64,000 nucleotides of DNA from Antedon mediterranea (taxonomy: Eukaryota > Animalia > Echinodermata), in contig NC_092680.1 in NCBI RefSeq assembly GCF_964355755.1, positions 19,787,045-19,851,044 of the forward strand, in the 5' to 3' direction. The translations under genes and the position numbers were made by a program. Shown here piece after piece: positions 60,884 to 64,000 of the stretch (within the stretch, counting starts at the first letter, position 1; the number at the start of each line of letters is the position of its first letter). The notes beneath the pieces were generated by a model. The model saw only the letters and a list, made by a program, of their open reading frames with translations. It was not told the DNA's origin and searched no databases.

Positions 60884-61078
60884 CAAATGATAATTTTTCT
60901 CCAGTGTCTGGTGGGAGGGTGAATACAAGCAACATCAAACTTGAGATGAGTATGCAAGGCATCACTAGATTCATGGCATAATACAGTGTCTTACGCTTGA
61001 GTTTTATTACGAACGTTATATCGATAAATGGGTCATCACAACATGGGTAGTAAACCACATTTCTCAACACGTCAACAC
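60884..61078 (-). CDS. CHRNA7: nAChR loop C + M1 exon
   Basis: YYPCCDDPF...RKTLYYAMNLVMPCILISSLMLLVFTLPPDTGEKLSF; 195 nt. Confidence 0.95.
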
Positions 61079-61492
61079 CTAAAAAATTAGTAATAGTTGT
61101 TATCATTTCATGGTCGTCATATCCTTTATAATTATGATCACGTGGTCATCATGACAATGCTTATTATGCCGTTATAAATATCGTCCATGATAATGATATA
61201 TTACGGTAGGCCTACTAACTTATCGTTATTATTATAGTAGGCCTACGTCATGTCATGTTTCCAATTGTGTCAGCAGTGATCGGCGTGTGGATCTAGAATT
61301 TACTCAAACTTTGAGGAATCGAAAAAGTAGTCATCACGATCTATCATGATGACGTAACTACTTCCGAGGTCATAGGTTGTCGCAAATTGAAAACTCTGTA
61401 ATACATTTATCACGGCAATTGTCCCCATCCTCGTGAACTTTTATTTCTTTACTGATGAGCTGCAATATTGATAAATGTATACTGTGTATTAC

Positions 61493-61746
61493 CCTTGAGA
61501 TGCCACTCTCCGTTTGGTTTGAATGTACTTATATCGCCCTCTTCCGTCAGTTTTGTGAGATTGATACGCCCTCCATCATAGGTCCAGGATCCGAACTTTA
61601 GCGTGCACACCTGGTCGTCCCAAGGGAAGTTTGTAACATCAATTGAACAAGCACTCTTAAAGATACCTGGTGGGATCCACTCGCAACTACCCGATGACCC
61701 CACGACCACATTAGAATGATAAGTGGAATCAAAGTTTTCGTTTGCA
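61493..61746 (-). CDS. CHRNA7: nAChR Cys-loop exon
   Basis: ANENFDSTYHSNVVV...WIPPGIFKSACSIDVTNFPWDDQVCTLKFGSWTY...NGEWHL. Confidence 0.95.
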
Positions 61747-61899
61747 CTAAAAGAATAATAATATTAGTTTTTTATATAAAATATATTTCAATCAAACAAA
61801 TAAACAAACGATAAGCAAATGTAAATTAAAGTTTATAATTATCAACATGGGAGATATACTTCCATTCACATAAATCAGAGTAGGCCTATATAACACAAA

Positions 61900-62130
61900 T
61901 ATCGAATCCAACTCTCGCCGCATTGCTTGTATACTTTACAAGATATTTTACTTTGCCTTTAACCACCCAGGTGTATTGCGGTATTATGAGTACCCGGTTT
62001 GATCAAGACAACTTTGCGTTGATTGCTAGCTGCTTTATATGAGTATGTTTCCATACATGTTTGATCCAAAAAAATGACCGGGGTAATAATGTGAAGCGCT
62101 TAGAAGCATTGTGCAATAAGCTATAATATT
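61900..62130 (+). mobile_element. CORE-type SINE copy, 5'-truncated
   Basis: tcgaatcc...cacccaggtgta...gagtatgtttccatacatgtttgatcc...aagcgcttaga. Confidence 0.8.
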
Positions 62131-62159
62131 AACGAATATTATTATATAATTTTCGAACT

Positions 62160-62596
62160 GATGGGTAGAGTTTGATATCTCGTATATCTCGTAATCAGAG
62201 TACAGTATTATAATCATAATTTTCGGACTTGTGGTAGAGTTTTTATATCCTCATTTTTATCAAAGTATTATTATAATAATCTTCGGACTGGTGGTAGAGT
62301 TTTGATATCTTTGTCATCAAAGTATTACTATAATAACTTTTGGACTGGTGGTAAAGTTTGATATCCTCGTCATCAAAGTATTATTAGGCCTATAATAATT
62401 TTCTCACTTGTGGTAGAGTTTTGATATACTCATTCTCATCAAAGTATTTTTATGATAATTTTCGGACAGTGGTAGAGTTTGGATATCCTCATTCTCAAAG
62501 TATTTTAAAAATATTTTTCGGACTGGTGGTAGAGTTTTGATAAGACATTCACACCAATCAAAGTATTATTATTATAATTTGTGGACTGTATGGTAG
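62160..62596. repeat. Minisatellite, ~7.5 copies of a ~58-bp unit, in a nAChR intron
   Basis: ggactggtggtagagttttgatatcctc...atcaaagtattattataat repeated. Confidence 0.92.
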
Positions 62597-63235
62597 CAAT
62601 AAGCATATGAAAAGGCATCATCATTATCATTACATGCATTATTTTTATGACCTCTTAATGGGGTAAAATAAGTGATTATCTTTAGTCTATACATTCGGTT
62701 ACATCAGAATAGATTAAGTGGTAACAACATAAATATTATAAACATACATTTGGTACTAGGGTAAATGGAAATTGCTCGCGTAATTTGAGCAATAATGTGT
62801 ACCATGGCGACCACGTGGCTTTCTTCTAGAGCGATTTCAGCGGTTATTGAAGGATTTGTAGAATCTCGTTAAGGAAGCCGTGTATGAAATAACATTGCAA
62901 GCGAAATTTAGGCTACAATAACACATTACAATACAGAATCGAACGACAATATAATTACGATATATTGTACTATACAAATTATCTGTCAAATGCCAGTTTT
63001 CTTTCAAACAAGTTTAATGTTATAGTTAAGTAAATTACAAGTAAACAGAATAATATGGGAATATTGCACATTATGCTACAAACCATATTATACGTTCCAT
63101 GTCGTCTTATGTTTTTCAAGTGTGAATTCACTTTCGTAATTATAGACTTATCAACAATTTGAATTCTAAGATGGCATGTTACCACTTTTCTTGTTAACAG
63201 ATTATAGTTTGGGGTTACAATCTTAAAATTTGTGT

Positions 63236-63426
63236 TTTTTCTCAAAAACGCGACTCAATAGTTCACTATGTCGGTCGGTCGGTCGGTCTGTAGGTCTGTC
63301 TGTCGGTCCGGTATCACTATGCGTTTTATCGCTTTTCTGTACTTTTTGAACTGTTTTGATGTACATTACTTTTTGAAAGTTCATTTTTTTCTGAGAGCAC
63401 GCGACTTATGGCTGTTGGCCTTGTTT
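63236..63426 (+). mobile_element. Helentron-associated (DINE-1/HINE-like) non-autonomous element
   Basis: acgcgact near both ends, internal (gtcg/gtct)n microsatellite, short 3' hairpin ending ggccttgtt in a T-rich site. Confidence 0.7.
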
Positions 63427-64000
63427 CTCATCAGGCTCATATTTTATTATTTTGTGTATTAACAGAAGACTATTCAAAGATTCTTACTACATTTTATCTT
63501 TTTGTTAATATCATTTCAAGTGTTTACACATTTCTCAATTAATTTACCAAATTATGGAACAAACTGACAAATTATAAATCTTTTAACTTTTAAAAACTCA
63601 ATCTAAAATATTACTGATTAAGTATAAGTATCTTTTACATTGAATTCCTTCAATTTTTTTTTTATAAACTGTATGTTTTGTAAATAGTTATTGTTTTGTA
63701 AATGTTTGTGTACTAATGTAAATTACTTTGTTAGTTTTTAATTATTATTATATTGTAAATGTTTCTCTACTGAACCACTTTGGAAATTAATGCTTTAGCA
63801 CTGACAGTGTCATATCGGAACAAATAAGCACATTTTTCATATACCGGTAGATAATATCCAGTAATTCATGTCTACAAATGATGGAATAGATAATGATTAA
63901 TATGCACTGTAATTGCCTTGTACGTTTAGGTTCTTGATCACATGCTTGGCATTTTATAGTGATAGGAAGATTTTGTAACCTTGCTTCATATAATATTCCA

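Larger units (their letters stand above)
58843..61746 (-). other. CHRNA7: Gene model (5' partial): alpha7-like nicotinic acetylcholine receptor alpha subunit
   Basis: Exons 61746-61493, 61078-60884, 60220-60134, 59787-59678, 59382-58843. Sizes 195/87/110 match the alpha7 exon 7-9 pattern; Cys-loop, vicinal CC, four TM segments and APNF C-terminus. No upstream exons were found in the window. The symbol denotes the subfamily, not proven orthology. Confidence 0.9.

Noticed and set aside
62979-64000. Upstream nAChR exons (WxPDIxLYN region)
   Set aside because: No matching translation was found on the minus strand; these exons presumably lie beyond the window.

Overview
AT-rich eukaryotic (invertebrate animal) genomic DNA; an echinoderm-like deuterostome origin is a guess from repeat style only. 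Three spliced genes can be reconstructed by hand. (1) MBD2/3 on the minus strand: 6 exons, 51463 to 35059, 278 aa. (2) A compact TERB2 homologue on the plus strand, head-to-head with MBD2/3: 6 exons, 54146-56000, 153 aa, invisible in the ORF track. (3) The 3' five exons of an alpha7-like nicotinic acetylcholine receptor on the minus strand, 61746 to 58843. The first 35 kb has no recognisable host exons. It holds a 7.6-kb satellite built from nested palindromes, a young 5'-truncated L2/CR1-type LINE with an uninterrupted ORF2 inserted in an 11-bp minisatellite, and many MITEs and SINEs. The most interesting signal is an intronless ubiquitin-specific-protease (peptidase C19) plus tandem HTH cassette in the last MBD2/3 intron. 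It lacks a usable ATG but has an in-frame splice acceptor and a poly(A) signal, so it could be an alternative terminal exon giving an ~831-aa MBD2/3-DUB-HTH fusion. A three-hairpin orphan H/ACA RNA candidate lies in MBD2/3 intron 4, and duplicated ERCC6L/PICH-like pseudo-exons lie between TERB2 and the receptor gene. All calls come from reading the sequence; no database search was run.
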